Source: a virus
Lineage: Duplodnaviria > Caudoviricetes
Length of the DNA: 64,000 nt
IMG/VR virus record: IMGVR_UViG_3300008267_000012
Direction: 5' to 3' (one strand)
A program made the position numbers and the translations under genes. Position 1 is the first letter of the stretch, and each line of letters opens with the position of its first letter. Positions 57,229 through 63,759 of the stretch are shown here, piece after piece. The notes beneath the pieces were generated by a model. The model did not search any database, had not been told where the DNA came from, and saw only the letters and a program-made list of their open reading frames with translations.

Positions 57229-57293
57229 GTAAACAAGATTGTTACAGAAGCCCGAACCAAGGGAAGGTTAATCGCAGGTAGTTCGCCCAAACT
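57229..57293 (+). ncRNA. Candidate small RNA: 5' hairpin plus 47-nt element copy B (57247-57293)
   Basis: Copy B is identical to copy A; preceded by hairpin TGTAAAC-AAGATT-GTTACA. Confidence 0.55.
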
Positions 57294-57325
57294 GAACTAT
57301 AAAATATATGAATAAAAAAAGTCAA

Positions 57326-57682
57326 TCAGAAATGATTGACTTTAAGTGTCACACTCTTTGGTTTCCAATTCAAACCCCAAAAAAAGCCACCGAAACACCC
57401 TGTTTGATTGTATTTATATATATCATACATAAGTATGTCTACAATTCCTTTTGCATACTCTATACCTACATATTCCCCAATTACTTGTCTGATTTGGAAA
57501 AAAGTAGTTTCCTCTTCTAAGTATTCTTGAAAAATATAGGGCAAATACTTCTTCAGTTGTTCTAAATCAGTAGACATTCCTTCTTCAGTAAGCCAATTGT
57601 CTATATACTCCCATAACCCTGATATGGATTGGAAAGCAACGCTTGAAGTACAAGTTGTGTTTACATTAGGATAATTTTCCAT
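57326..57682 (-). CDS. Early-type hypothetical protein
   Basis: 118 aa; own promoter (57713-57742) and terminator hairpin (57318-57343). Confidence 0.65.
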   Translation of the reverse strand: MENYPNVNTTCTSSVAFQSISGLWEYIDNWLTEEGMSTDLEQLKKYLPYIFQEYLEEETTFFQIRQVIGEYVGIEYAKGIVDILMYDIYKYNQTGCFGGFFWGLNWKPKSVTLKVNHF

Positions 57683-57712
57683 TTTATTTTTTTTTAGTGT
57701 TTGTTGTAATAT

Positions 57713-57742
57713 AGTATATGAACTGACCTTACAAATCTTACA
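57713..57742 (-). promoter_or_regulatory. Cassette promoter (short A-rich leader)
   Basis: TGTAAGA-N17-TATACT. Confidence 0.75.
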
Positions 57743-57762
57743 TAAATTTTTATTTTATTTTT

Positions 57763-57792
57763 TGTAAGATATTTGATATGAGTTCATATATT
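57763..57792 (+). promoter_or_regulatory. Cassette promoter preceding 47-nt element copy C
   Basis: TGTAAGA-N17-TATATT, back-to-back with the 57713 promoter. Confidence 0.7.
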
Positions 57793-57797
57793 ATATG

Positions 57798-57864
57798 GCA
57801 AACCACCTGGGTTTGCGGAAGCCCGAACCAAGGGAAGGTTAATCGCCTGTAACTTGTCCAAACT
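57798..57864 (+). ncRNA. Candidate small RNA: 5' hairpin plus 47-nt element copy C (57818-57864)
   Basis: Hairpin GCAAACC-ACCTG-GGTTTGC, then GAAGCCCGAACCAAGGGAAGGTTAATCGCCTGTAACTTGTCCAAACT. Confidence 0.55.
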
Positions 57865-57918
57865 GAAATGATAAAAAAAATTAAATAAAAAAAGGGAAGA
57901 TTTCTCTTCCCTTAGTTA

Positions 57919-58296
57919 TCAGATGAAATCTGATTTCTCTTGATACTTCTTGAAGGCAAAATCAGCACTTGGTGTATCGCCATTGAGAACGATAAGACCT
58001 GTTACCTTGGTTCTGCCTTGACCAAACTTGGCTTCCCAAATGAAAGCAGTTGCTTCCAAGATTTGGGTGTTGGTTGAATCAGTACCCATCCAAACACGGC
58101 ATTCATAAATGCCATCTTTTTCAGGTGCATCTCCAAACCACTTGAACTTATCCCAACCTCCAAATGAAGAGGCTTTGGATTCAAGTTCTCCGTGCAAGTA
58201 CACCCAAGGTGTGTACGATAAAACCTCTTCTTTGAAAGGCAGAAGAGCATTTCCTGATTCCATCAATGTTGGAACGATAGTGTGTAAGTGTGTCAT
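57919..58296 (-). CDS. Early-type hypothetical protein
   Basis: 125 aa; leaderless geometry with promoter 58302-58331. Confidence 0.65.
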   Translation of the reverse strand: MTHLHTIVPTLMESGNALLPFKEEVLSYTPWVYLHGELESKASSFGGWDKFKWFGDAPEKDGIYECRVWMGTDSTNTQILEATAFIWEAKFGQGRTKVTGLIVLNGDTPSADFAFKKYQEKSDFI

Positions 58297-58301
58297 AATA
58301 T

Positions 58302-58331
58302 AGTATATGAATTGAGATACGAAATCTTACA
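58302..58331 (-). promoter_or_regulatory. Cassette promoter (leaderless geometry)
   Basis: TGTAAGA-N17-TATACT-ATATT-ATG. Confidence 0.75.
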
Positions 58332-58355
58332 TTTTATTTTAAAAAAAAACAATCT

Positions 58356-58410
58356 ACAATGTCTTGCACAATGTCTTGTACAATGTCAATAAAAAAGGGG
58401 AACACAATGT
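58356..58410. repeat. Second ACAATGT cluster
   Basis: Copies at 58356, 58368 and 58380 (12-bp period) and at 58404 in a terminator loop. Confidence 0.7.
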
Positions 58411-58427
58411 TTCCCCTTTGAAGATTG

Positions 58428-58847
58428 TTACTTTGCTCTGCAAACTGGTCCAAAGCCAATGCTGATTGAATCAGCATCAGTCAGAGGTCTTCCGCACCTT
58501 AGACATTTGCCTAAGTGCATTACCTCCACTTGGTCAGCAACTGCTTGATGATTACCAAGTTGAATATTGTGGAGAATCCACGCAATCCCTTTGGCTGAAG
58601 GTGTATCAACCTCTTGACCTTTACGGACAACCTTGCCATCTTTAAAGAAGCCAAGATACAACCATTCAAGATAGTTGGTTTCCACTTTGATGTGGGTGTA
58701 CCATTTATCATTGAACTGCTTGCGACTTACCTTGTAGGTGAAGTCTTTACCACTTCTCTTTGAGAGTGCGGTGAACTCACCACCATTGGATTGAGTATCA
58801 CCTTGAATAAGAGAAAGAAGTGCGGAGGTAGGAACTAAATTTTTCAT
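58428..58847 (-). CDS. DUF6011-like zinc-binding protein
   Basis: C-terminal GKCLRCGRPLTDADSISIGFGPVC. Confidence 0.7.
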   Translation of the reverse strand: MKNLVPTSALLSLIQGDTQSNGGEFTALSKRSGKDFTYKVSRKQFNDKWYTHIKVETNYLEWLYLGFFKDGKVVRKGQEVDTPSAKGIAWILHNIQLGNHQAVADQVEVMHLGKCLRCGRPLTDADSISIGFGPVCRAK

Positions 58848-58870
58848 AGTGTTATTGTTTATTGTAATAT

Positions 58871-58900
58871 ACTATATGAACTCAGTTGCGAAATCTTACA
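58871..58900 (-). promoter_or_regulatory. Cassette promoter (variant)
   Basis: TGTAAGA-N17-TATAGT. Confidence 0.7.
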
Positions 58901-58978
58901 TTTTATTTTAAAATAAAAAAACCCTACCGATATAACCGATAGGGTTTCCAAGAAAAACCAATAAACACCCAAATACAA

Positions 58979-59143
58979 TCAATCCCAATTTTTTCGCTTC
59001 TGTGCGTTTCTATTATACTTTTTGGAATCCTTACCTACCTTAGTGGTAAATCTTGAATCACCATTGGTATCACGCAGATACATATCTCTTTTTATCTTCC
59101 CATAGTTAATGGGAGAAGTTGTTGTTGTTGCTGAAGTTTTCAT
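58979..59143 (-). CDS. 54-aa basic protein (not in ORF track)
   Basis: MKTSATTTTSPINYGKIKRDMYLRDTNGDSRFTTKVGKDSKKYNRNAQKRKNWD; own promoter variant and downstream terminator. Confidence 0.6.
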   Translation of the reverse strand: MKTSATTTTSPINYGKIKRDMYLRDTNGDSRFTTKVGKDSKKYNRNAQKRKNWD

Positions 59144-59148
59144 ACTTA

Positions 59149-59178
59149 TATATATGAACTCAAGTGCTAAAACTTACA
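59149..59178 (-). promoter_or_regulatory. Cassette promoter (variant, leaderless geometry)
   Basis: TGTAAGT-N17-TATATA-TAAGT-ATG. Confidence 0.6.
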
Positions 59179-59517
59179 AATAAATTTAATTCTTTTCTCT
59201 TGTGCCTTTTCGTATTGAATATCACTAAGCCAAGAAGTAGCCAAAGCAGATACACCGATACCTAACGGAATAAAAATCATTGGATTACCATTATCTTCTT
59301 TTTTATAGATGTGGTAAGAAGCGACTGCTGAAACAAAAGCAGCGACTTGTAAAACCTTAGAAGTACCTTCCAATATCTTTGCCTTCTGCAAATGGAGATT
59401 AATTTCCTTACGGACTGAATCCCTCTTTTGGCGGTACATAATGGTTTTGTAGTTAGTTTGCCCCATAACCGATGAGGCAAACAAACAAAGTACCGAAACA
59501 ATGATTATCTTCTGCAT
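59167..59517 (-). CDS. Exported/membrane protein
   Basis: Signal peptide MQKIIIVSVLCLFASSVMG|Q plus two hydrophobic segments. Confidence 0.6.
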   Translation of the reverse strand: MQKIIIVSVLCLFASSVMGQTNYKTIMYRQKRDSVRKEINLHLQKAKILEGTSKVLQVAAFVSAVASYHIYKKEDNGNPMIFIPLGIGVSALATSWLSDIQYEKAQEKRIKFICKF

Positions 59518-59717
59518 TCCCTTACGATTTTAAATTTATTCGTACCATTGATAGGGAATACCACTTCACCAACCTTGAACTCTCTATCCACCTTAATCTT
59601 GTGTGTGGTGATAGTATCGCCATCTACACGATGAGCAATAACCATTTTGGTTGTGCTTTCTATGCAAGAGGTCATCATCCCGATAACAACTGCCAATGTC
59701 AATAATCTTGTTTTCAT
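59505..59717 (-). CDS. Putative lipoprotein
   Basis: MKTRLLTLAVVIGMMTSC lipobox-like; ATG abuts the promoter. Confidence 0.6.
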   Translation of the reverse strand: MKTRLLTLAVVIGMMTSCIESTTKMVIAHRVDGDTITTHKIKVDREFKVGEVVFPINGTNKFKIVRECRR

Positions 59718-59722
59718 AATAT

Positions 59723-59752
59723 AGTATATGAATTGAAGTGTCAAATCTTACA
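59723..59752 (-). promoter_or_regulatory. Cassette promoter (leaderless geometry)
   Basis: TGTAAGA-N17-TATACT-ATATT-ATG. Confidence 0.75.
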
Positions 59753-59759
59753 ATTTATT

Positions 59760-59984
59760 TTATTTCTTTTCTACAAGAACCCAATTATGTTGGGCAGTAT
59801 GAATCACAATGGCTTGATGCTTCTTTCCATCAAAGCCAACATATTCCAATGTTTTTTGTGATGCTTCATGAGGTTCAAGAGGTTTATCTTTTGAATTTGA
59901 ATGCTCAACAAAAGCACATATTACCGCAGTAAACATAATTGCAAACAATGCAACTATTGCTACTTTATAATAATTATCTTTCAT
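59760..59984 (-). CDS. Small membrane protein
   Basis: MKDNYYKVAIVALFAIMFTAVICAFV...; start overlaps the upstream stop (ATGA). Confidence 0.55.
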   Translation of the reverse strand: MKDNYYKVAIVALFAIMFTAVICAFVEHSNSKDKPLEPHEASQKTLEYVGFDGKKHQAIVIHTAQHNWVLVEKK

Positions 59985-60106
59985 AACCCAATTGTTAAAA
60001 TTAATAACCGACAAATGATAATGAAAAGTGAAAAGGAAATACCCAATACCACGATAACATCAAAGACCATATTTAGCCTTCTCTGTTGCTTATAAAAATC
60101 TTCCAT
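59981..60106 (-). CDS. 41-aa membrane protein (not in ORF track)
   Basis: MEDFYKQQRRLNMVFDVIVVLGISFSLFIIICRLLILTIGL; fits exactly between its neighbours. Confidence 0.5.
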   Translation of the reverse strand: MEDFYKQQRRLNMVFDVIVVLGISFSLFIIICRLLILTIGL

Positions 60107-60107
60107 A

Positions 60108-60347
60108 TTATTTCATTGTACTAAAACCATTTGAACAAACTATTCTATCTGAGGCATACAATTTTTCTTGAAAACCAGCCTTGCGGATTTCTTCAACTTC
60201 TTTGGTAGACATACCACCTTCTGAAATAGGCGCATCCAATAAGACCTTTGCAAATCCAACGAACAAGCCAAAACTTTTTCTATAAGCATCTGCAAGAATT
60301 TCCTTTTGCAAATTTTTCGGGAGAGATAATAACATTTCTTTAATCAT
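60108..60347 (-). CDS. Early-type hypothetical protein
   Basis: Start reassigned to ATG 60347 after the A-rich leader of promoter 60372-60401. Confidence 0.6.
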   Translation of the reverse strand: MIKEMLLSLPKNLQKEILADAYRKSFGLFVGFAKVLLDAPISEGGMSTKEVEEIRKAGFQEKLYASDRIVCSNGFSTMK

Positions 60348-60371
60348 TTTTTTATTGTTTTGATGTAATAT

Positions 60372-60401
60372 AGTATATGAACTCAATGCTGAAATCTTAC
60401 A
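60372..60401 (-). promoter_or_regulatory. Cassette promoter (short leader)
   Basis: TGTAAGA-N17-TATACT. Confidence 0.75.
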
Positions 60402-60465
60402 ATTTATTTTAAAATAAAAAAACCCTCTGCCATTTCTGACAAGAGGGTTCTATGAACAACAAACA

Positions 60466-60768
60466 CTAAACTTTCAATAACCTTTGAATCAAATCAGTTA
60501 TTTCATTTCTGTTTTGATAATACAGAATATCATCATTTTCACTAAGTTGAATCCATTCGTGTCCTTCTTTGTACCAAGCAGCAACCTCAAAGGTATGGAT
60601 ACCATCACCACCTAATCTTGGTTGATGTTCGGTTGGAAAGCCACCGATAACGGAAATGATTACCCCATTGGGTAATTCGTGCATTGAAGCAACCAAACCC
60701 TGACCTCCTGGATGAACCCCAAATACGAGGTCATCAAATGAACTTATTTCTTTCTTACAGATTTCCAT
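60466..60768 (-). CDS. Early-type hypothetical protein
   Basis: 100 aa; own promoter and terminator. Confidence 0.65.
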   Translation of the reverse strand: MEICKKEISSFDDLVFGVHPGGQGLVASMHELPNGVIISVIGGFPTEHQPRLGGDGIHTFEVAAWYKEGHEWIQLSENDDILYYQNRNEITDLIQRLLKV

Positions 60769-60791
60769 TTCTTAAATGTTTATTGTAATAT

Positions 60792-60821
60792 AGTATATGA
60801 ATTGAAGTGTCAAATCTTACA
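60792..60821 (-). promoter_or_regulatory. Cassette promoter (short leader)
   Basis: TGTAAGA-N17-TATACT; leader AATAAACATTTAAGAA identical to that of the 61199 promoter. Confidence 0.75.
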
Positions 60822-60866
60822 ATTTATTTTAAAATAAAAAAAGGGAGTATTTCTACTCCCTTAATT

Positions 60867-61175
60867 TTACTTTACAAGAAAGTCAAAACCACCAACCTTT
60901 CCCACATTCCGACCATTGATACCAAGTATTCGGCAAATCAATGCACCTAACTTTTTGGTTCTCATATTGGCGATGAGAGAACCTTGCCACTTCCCTTCAG
61001 TTTCAACTGAGGGTGAAAAGTTAAGTGACCCGACTTCACGAATAAGCCATTGGTCATCTAACCTATGCTTTTCTCTAAACTTAGAGATTTCCCCTAAGAT
61101 GAAAAGATGTGTACCTTTGGGAGTTTCAACGATTAAATCCCATTTGCCTTTTGACTCAAAGATGTATGCAACCAT
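60867..61175 (-). CDS. Early-type hypothetical protein
   Basis: 102 aa; own promoter and terminator. Confidence 0.65.
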   Translation of the reverse strand: MVAYIFESKGKWDLIVETPKGTHLFILGEISKFREKHRLDDQWLIREVGSLNFSPSVETEGKWQGSLIANMRTKKLGALICRILGINGRNVGKVGGFDFLVK

Positions 61176-61198
61176 TTCTTAAATGTTTATTGTAATAT

Positions 61199-61228
61199 AG
61201 TATATGAACTCACCTTACAAATCTTACA
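61199..61228 (-). promoter_or_regulatory. Cassette promoter (short leader)
   Basis: TGTAAGA-N17-TATACT. Confidence 0.75.
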
Positions 61229-61248
61229 TAAAATTTTATTTTATTTTT

Positions 61249-61278
61249 TGTAAGATATAAGACTTGAATTCATATATT
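61249..61278 (+). promoter_or_regulatory. Cassette promoter preceding 47-nt element copy D
   Basis: TGTAAGA-N17-TATATT, back-to-back with the 61199 promoter. Confidence 0.7.
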
Positions 61279-61283
61279 AAGGT

Positions 61284-61341
61284 GTAGCAATACAGAAGCC
61301 CGATTCAAGGGAAGGTTTATCGCCTGTAACTTGCCCATACT
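61284..61341 (+). ncRNA. Candidate small RNA: 5' GNRA hairpin plus 47-nt element copy D (61295-61341)
   Basis: TGTA-GCAA-TACA, then GAAGCCCGATTCAAGGGAAGGTTTATCGCCTGTAACTTGCCCATACT and a T-run. Confidence 0.55.
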
Positions 61342-61370
61342 TTTTTTAGATATGGGCAAAAAAAAGAGGG

Positions 61371-61643
61371 TTAATACCCTCTCTCTTTCTTGTACTTCTC
61401 TTGCACCTTTTCAAGTTGCGCCAACGCATCCTTGTTGCTCCTTGCAGTCAGACCATAGTAGTCTTTAATCTGCTTGGCAGTTATGCCCTTGAATAGCATT
61501 CCCTTTGAAAGGATTTTCATTTGGAAGATGTGGGTGTTCAACTGATAGCCAAAGTAATCAATTTCCTTATCACCCATACTTACTTTCGGTGTTTGCAGTT
61601 CTCCCGACCTTGCAGAAGCAACTGCTTGTTCAAATTGTGTCAT
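61371..61643 (-). CDS. Early-type hypothetical protein
   Basis: Start reassigned to ATG 61643 abutting the promoter. Confidence 0.65.
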   Translation of the reverse strand: MTQFEQAVASARSGELQTPKVSMGDKEIDYFGYQLNTHIFQMKILSKGMLFKGITAKQIKDYYGLTARSNKDALAQLEKVQEKYKKERGY

Positions 61644-61648
61644 AATAT

Positions 61649-61678
61649 AGTATATGAATTCACTTGCCAAATCTTACA
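61649..61678 (-). promoter_or_regulatory. Cassette promoter (leaderless geometry)
   Basis: TGTAAGA-N17-TATACT-ATATT-ATG. Confidence 0.75.
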
Positions 61679-61719
61679 TTTTATTTAAAAAAAAAGGGAG
61701 TATTTCTACTCCCTCTCTT

Positions 61720-62604
61720 TTAGACAAGTGCAACTCCCTTTCTTTCAGCGACTTCCGTAAGGAATGAAAGAGCATCGGTGTTGAACTTCATATTACCACC
61801 CAACAGATTGCCGTAGGTATCGGTAGAAGATTTGGTGTGTGTGGTGTAGTGTGTTACACCATTGAAAGCACCCCAAAGATTCATACCCAAATCCGCAGTT
61901 TCTCTGTTCAGAGAATCCATCAAAGCCACCTTAGTATTACCCTTTCTTACAGAAAGAATATCACCTTCAGCAATCTTTGTTTCATCAATGTTCAGAAGCC
62001 TATTGGCAAGGGCATCAAGAATAGACCTATCAATCTTGATTTCAGACATTTTCTGAAAGATGATTGCCTCTTGTTCCTTTTCAGCACGGAAGCCACGAAC
62101 AAGGTCAATAAACATATCCACCTTGTAGTTGTGGTTCTTCGTGTGCCGAACCTTCAACCCTTGCATCACCCGACCCCATTGGTTGAAACAACGAAGCAAG
62201 ATGTTTACACTACCAACGAAAAGTGGTGTAGTGCCATCGTGTGAATTACCAAATACAAGGTAGTTCTCACTTTTCAGACCAAGATACTGATGCACAAGGT
62301 CATCGGTTGCTTTCAGATAGGCAAGTACCTTAGTACCGCCACGAAATTCAGCGAACCCTTCAAGTTCGTAACCCGAAGCATCAGCAAGTTGCCTTGCGTG
62401 TTCTTCAAAGGTTCGGTTCTTTGTTTCCGTATATGAATCACGGAACAAACTCAATGTTTCCAAAGTATCACTCCTTTTCAGAGCAACATATCTTTCTTCG
62501 GGAACGAACAGACCACTTTTTGTTTGTGTGTAAGGTGTGTGTCTTTCCACCTCCCAACCAAGGCTTTCCTTGAAATCCTTGACTGCATTTGATTTGCTTG
62601 TCAT
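61720..62604 (-). CDS. DUF932-family protein
   Basis: GGTKVLAYLK, YLVFGNSHDGTT, LRCFNQ, VRHT, NLWGAFNGVTHYTTH motifs. Confidence 0.78.
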   Translation of the reverse strand: MTSKSNAVKDFKESLGWEVERHTPYTQTKSGLFVPEERYVALKRSDTLETLSLFRDSYTETKNRTFEEHARQLADASGYELEGFAEFRGGTKVLAYLKATDDLVHQYLGLKSENYLVFGNSHDGTTPLFVGSVNILLRCFNQWGRVMQGLKVRHTKNHNYKVDMFIDLVRGFRAEKEQEAIIFQKMSEIKIDRSILDALANRLLNIDETKIAEGDILSVRKGNTKVALMDSLNRETADLGMNLWGAFNGVTHYTTHTKSSTDTYGNLLGGNMKFNTDALSFLTEVAERKGVALV

Positions 62605-62609
62605 AATAT

Positions 62610-62639
62610 AGTATATGAATTGAGATACGAAATCTTACA
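62610..62639 (-). promoter_or_regulatory. Cassette promoter (leaderless geometry)
   Basis: TGTAAGA-N17-TATACT-ATATT-ATG. Confidence 0.75.
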
Positions 62640-62690
62640 ATTTATTTTAAAAAAAAGGGAGAAATTTCTTCTCCCTTGATTTTCAGTTAC

Positions 62691-63188
62691 TTACTCACCA
62701 ATCTTAATGATATTGCTTTCTTTGGGGCAAATCACCATAGACTGCTTAGTTAGTTTCTCTGCATCAGAGGCGGTCAGATACTTTTTGAATGTATCTTCCT
62801 GCACCTGAATACCATCTACCATAAAGGTATAGGTAATTTCGCAGTTATCCGTAGGGTATAGTCTGATATACCTTTGTTCCTCCGTTTCGTTTTTTGGAGT
62901 ATGCAAAATGGTATATGGGAAATGCTCCCAACGACCCCAAGGGAGTGAACCAACCTCACCTCTTGTTCCATCGGCAATGCCTTCAAGAACAGGTTTGAGG
63001 TTTGCGTAATTGATACCTGCCCTAAACACACCTTTGGTATGCTTGGTCAGTTTTTTTCCTTTGAAAGCCTTAGATGGCTTAACATCGGAAATGAACTCTG
63101 CTGAAAGGAATTGACCTTTGCAGGTAAAGAAACGGCTTGCCACTCCCGACAGACCGCTTGGCACTTGTAATTGAGAGGTATTACTCAT
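62691..63188 (-). CDS. Early-type hypothetical protein
   Basis: 165 aa; own promoter and terminator. Confidence 0.65.
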   Translation of the reverse strand: MSNTSQLQVPSGLSGVASRFFTCKGQFLSAEFISDVKPSKAFKGKKLTKHTKGVFRAGINYANLKPVLEGIADGTRGEVGSLPWGRWEHFPYTILHTPKNETEEQRYIRLYPTDNCEITYTFMVDGIQVQEDTFKKYLTASDAEKLTKQSMVICPKESNIIKIGE

Positions 63189-63193
63189 AATAT

Positions 63194-63223
63194 AGTATAT
63201 GATTTCACTTGCGAAATCTTACA
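63194..63223 (-). promoter_or_regulatory. Cassette promoter (leaderless geometry)
   Basis: TGTAAGA-N17-TATACT-ATATT-ATG. Confidence 0.75.
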
Positions 63224-63270
63224 AAAATAAATAAAAAAAGGGAGAAATTTCTTCCTCCCTTGATTTTCAG

Positions 63271-63660
63271 TTAGTTACTCTCAGAATGTTCTTGAACAAT
63301 CTCCATTCGGGTTTCGTGTTCCTCTTTAAGGTCTGTAATAGCATCCTTAATGAGGTCTAAAACATTCCTTTTCTGCTCATAAGCATTAACCTCAAAATCA
63401 TCAAGTTTAATGGTATTACCATAACTAATTTCAAATGATTCATTTGAGATTTCAAAGTTGCTTGCATCATCAAAGTCATAGCAATCAAGAACATCAATAA
63501 TCTTATCCCTAACTAAGTTAAGAATAGCAATGAAATCTTGCTTTGACTCTTCCACCTTCGGTTCTTCTGAAACCATATTTAAGGTGTTTACAACATCATC
63601 TTTGGTGAAGAGGCTTCCAAGCGAATCTTGCACCTTTGCGATTACTTCTTGTTTTTTCAT
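63271..63660 (-). CDS. Early-type acidic hypothetical protein
   Basis: Start reassigned to ATG 63660 after an A-rich leader. Confidence 0.65.
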   Translation of the reverse strand: MKKQEVIAKVQDSLGSLFTKDDVVNTLNMVSEEPKVEESKQDFIAILNLVRDKIIDVLDCYDFDDASNFEISNESFEISYGNTIKLDDFEVNAYEQKRNVLDLIKDAITDLKEEHETRMEIVQEHSESN

Positions 63661-63683
63661 TTTATTTATTTTGTTTGTGATAT

Positions 63684-63713
63684 AGTATATGAACTCGTTG
63701 TTCAAATCTTACA
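63684..63713 (-). promoter_or_regulatory. Cassette promoter (short leader)
   Basis: TGTAAGA-N17-TATACT. Confidence 0.75.
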
Positions 63714-63759
63714 TTTTATTTTAAAAAAAAAGGGGAAATTTCTTTCCCCTTAATTTAAA

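Larger units (their letters stand above)
54962..63752 (-). terminator. Series of intrinsic terminators separating the cassettes
   Basis: Hairpin plus T-run (minus strand) near 54962, 56690, 57318, 57892, 58395, 58920, 60421, 60841, 61365, 61693, 62654, 63238 and 63730; several are near-identical (AGGGAGTATTTCTACTCCCT twice). Confidence 0.75.

Noticed and set aside
56618-61341. 47-bp repeats as a CRISPR array
   Set aside because: Copies are about 0.6, 0.6 and 3.5 kb apart, separated by genes rather than uniform spacers; no cas genes in the window.
57229-61341. Hairpin+GAAG elements as hammerhead or HDV-like ribozymes
   Set aside because: No CUGAnGA/GAAA core and no consistent nested double pseudoknot across copies by eye.
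57770-61341. 47-nt core as a minus-strand peptide (LQAINLPL.RA)
   Set aside because: Two changes are synonymous in that frame, but starts are inconsistent (TTG/ATG), the frames lie just behind terminators with no promoter, and the C-termini are unrelated. Kept only as a minor alternative.
61837-62244. 135-aa + strand ORF
   Set aside because: Antisense to the DUF932 gene; no promoter or motif.
56957-63705. Recurring FIYYIM N-terminal peptide in the ORF track
   Set aside because: It is the translation of the promoter DNA TTCATATACTATATT upstream of the true ATG, not a protein motif.
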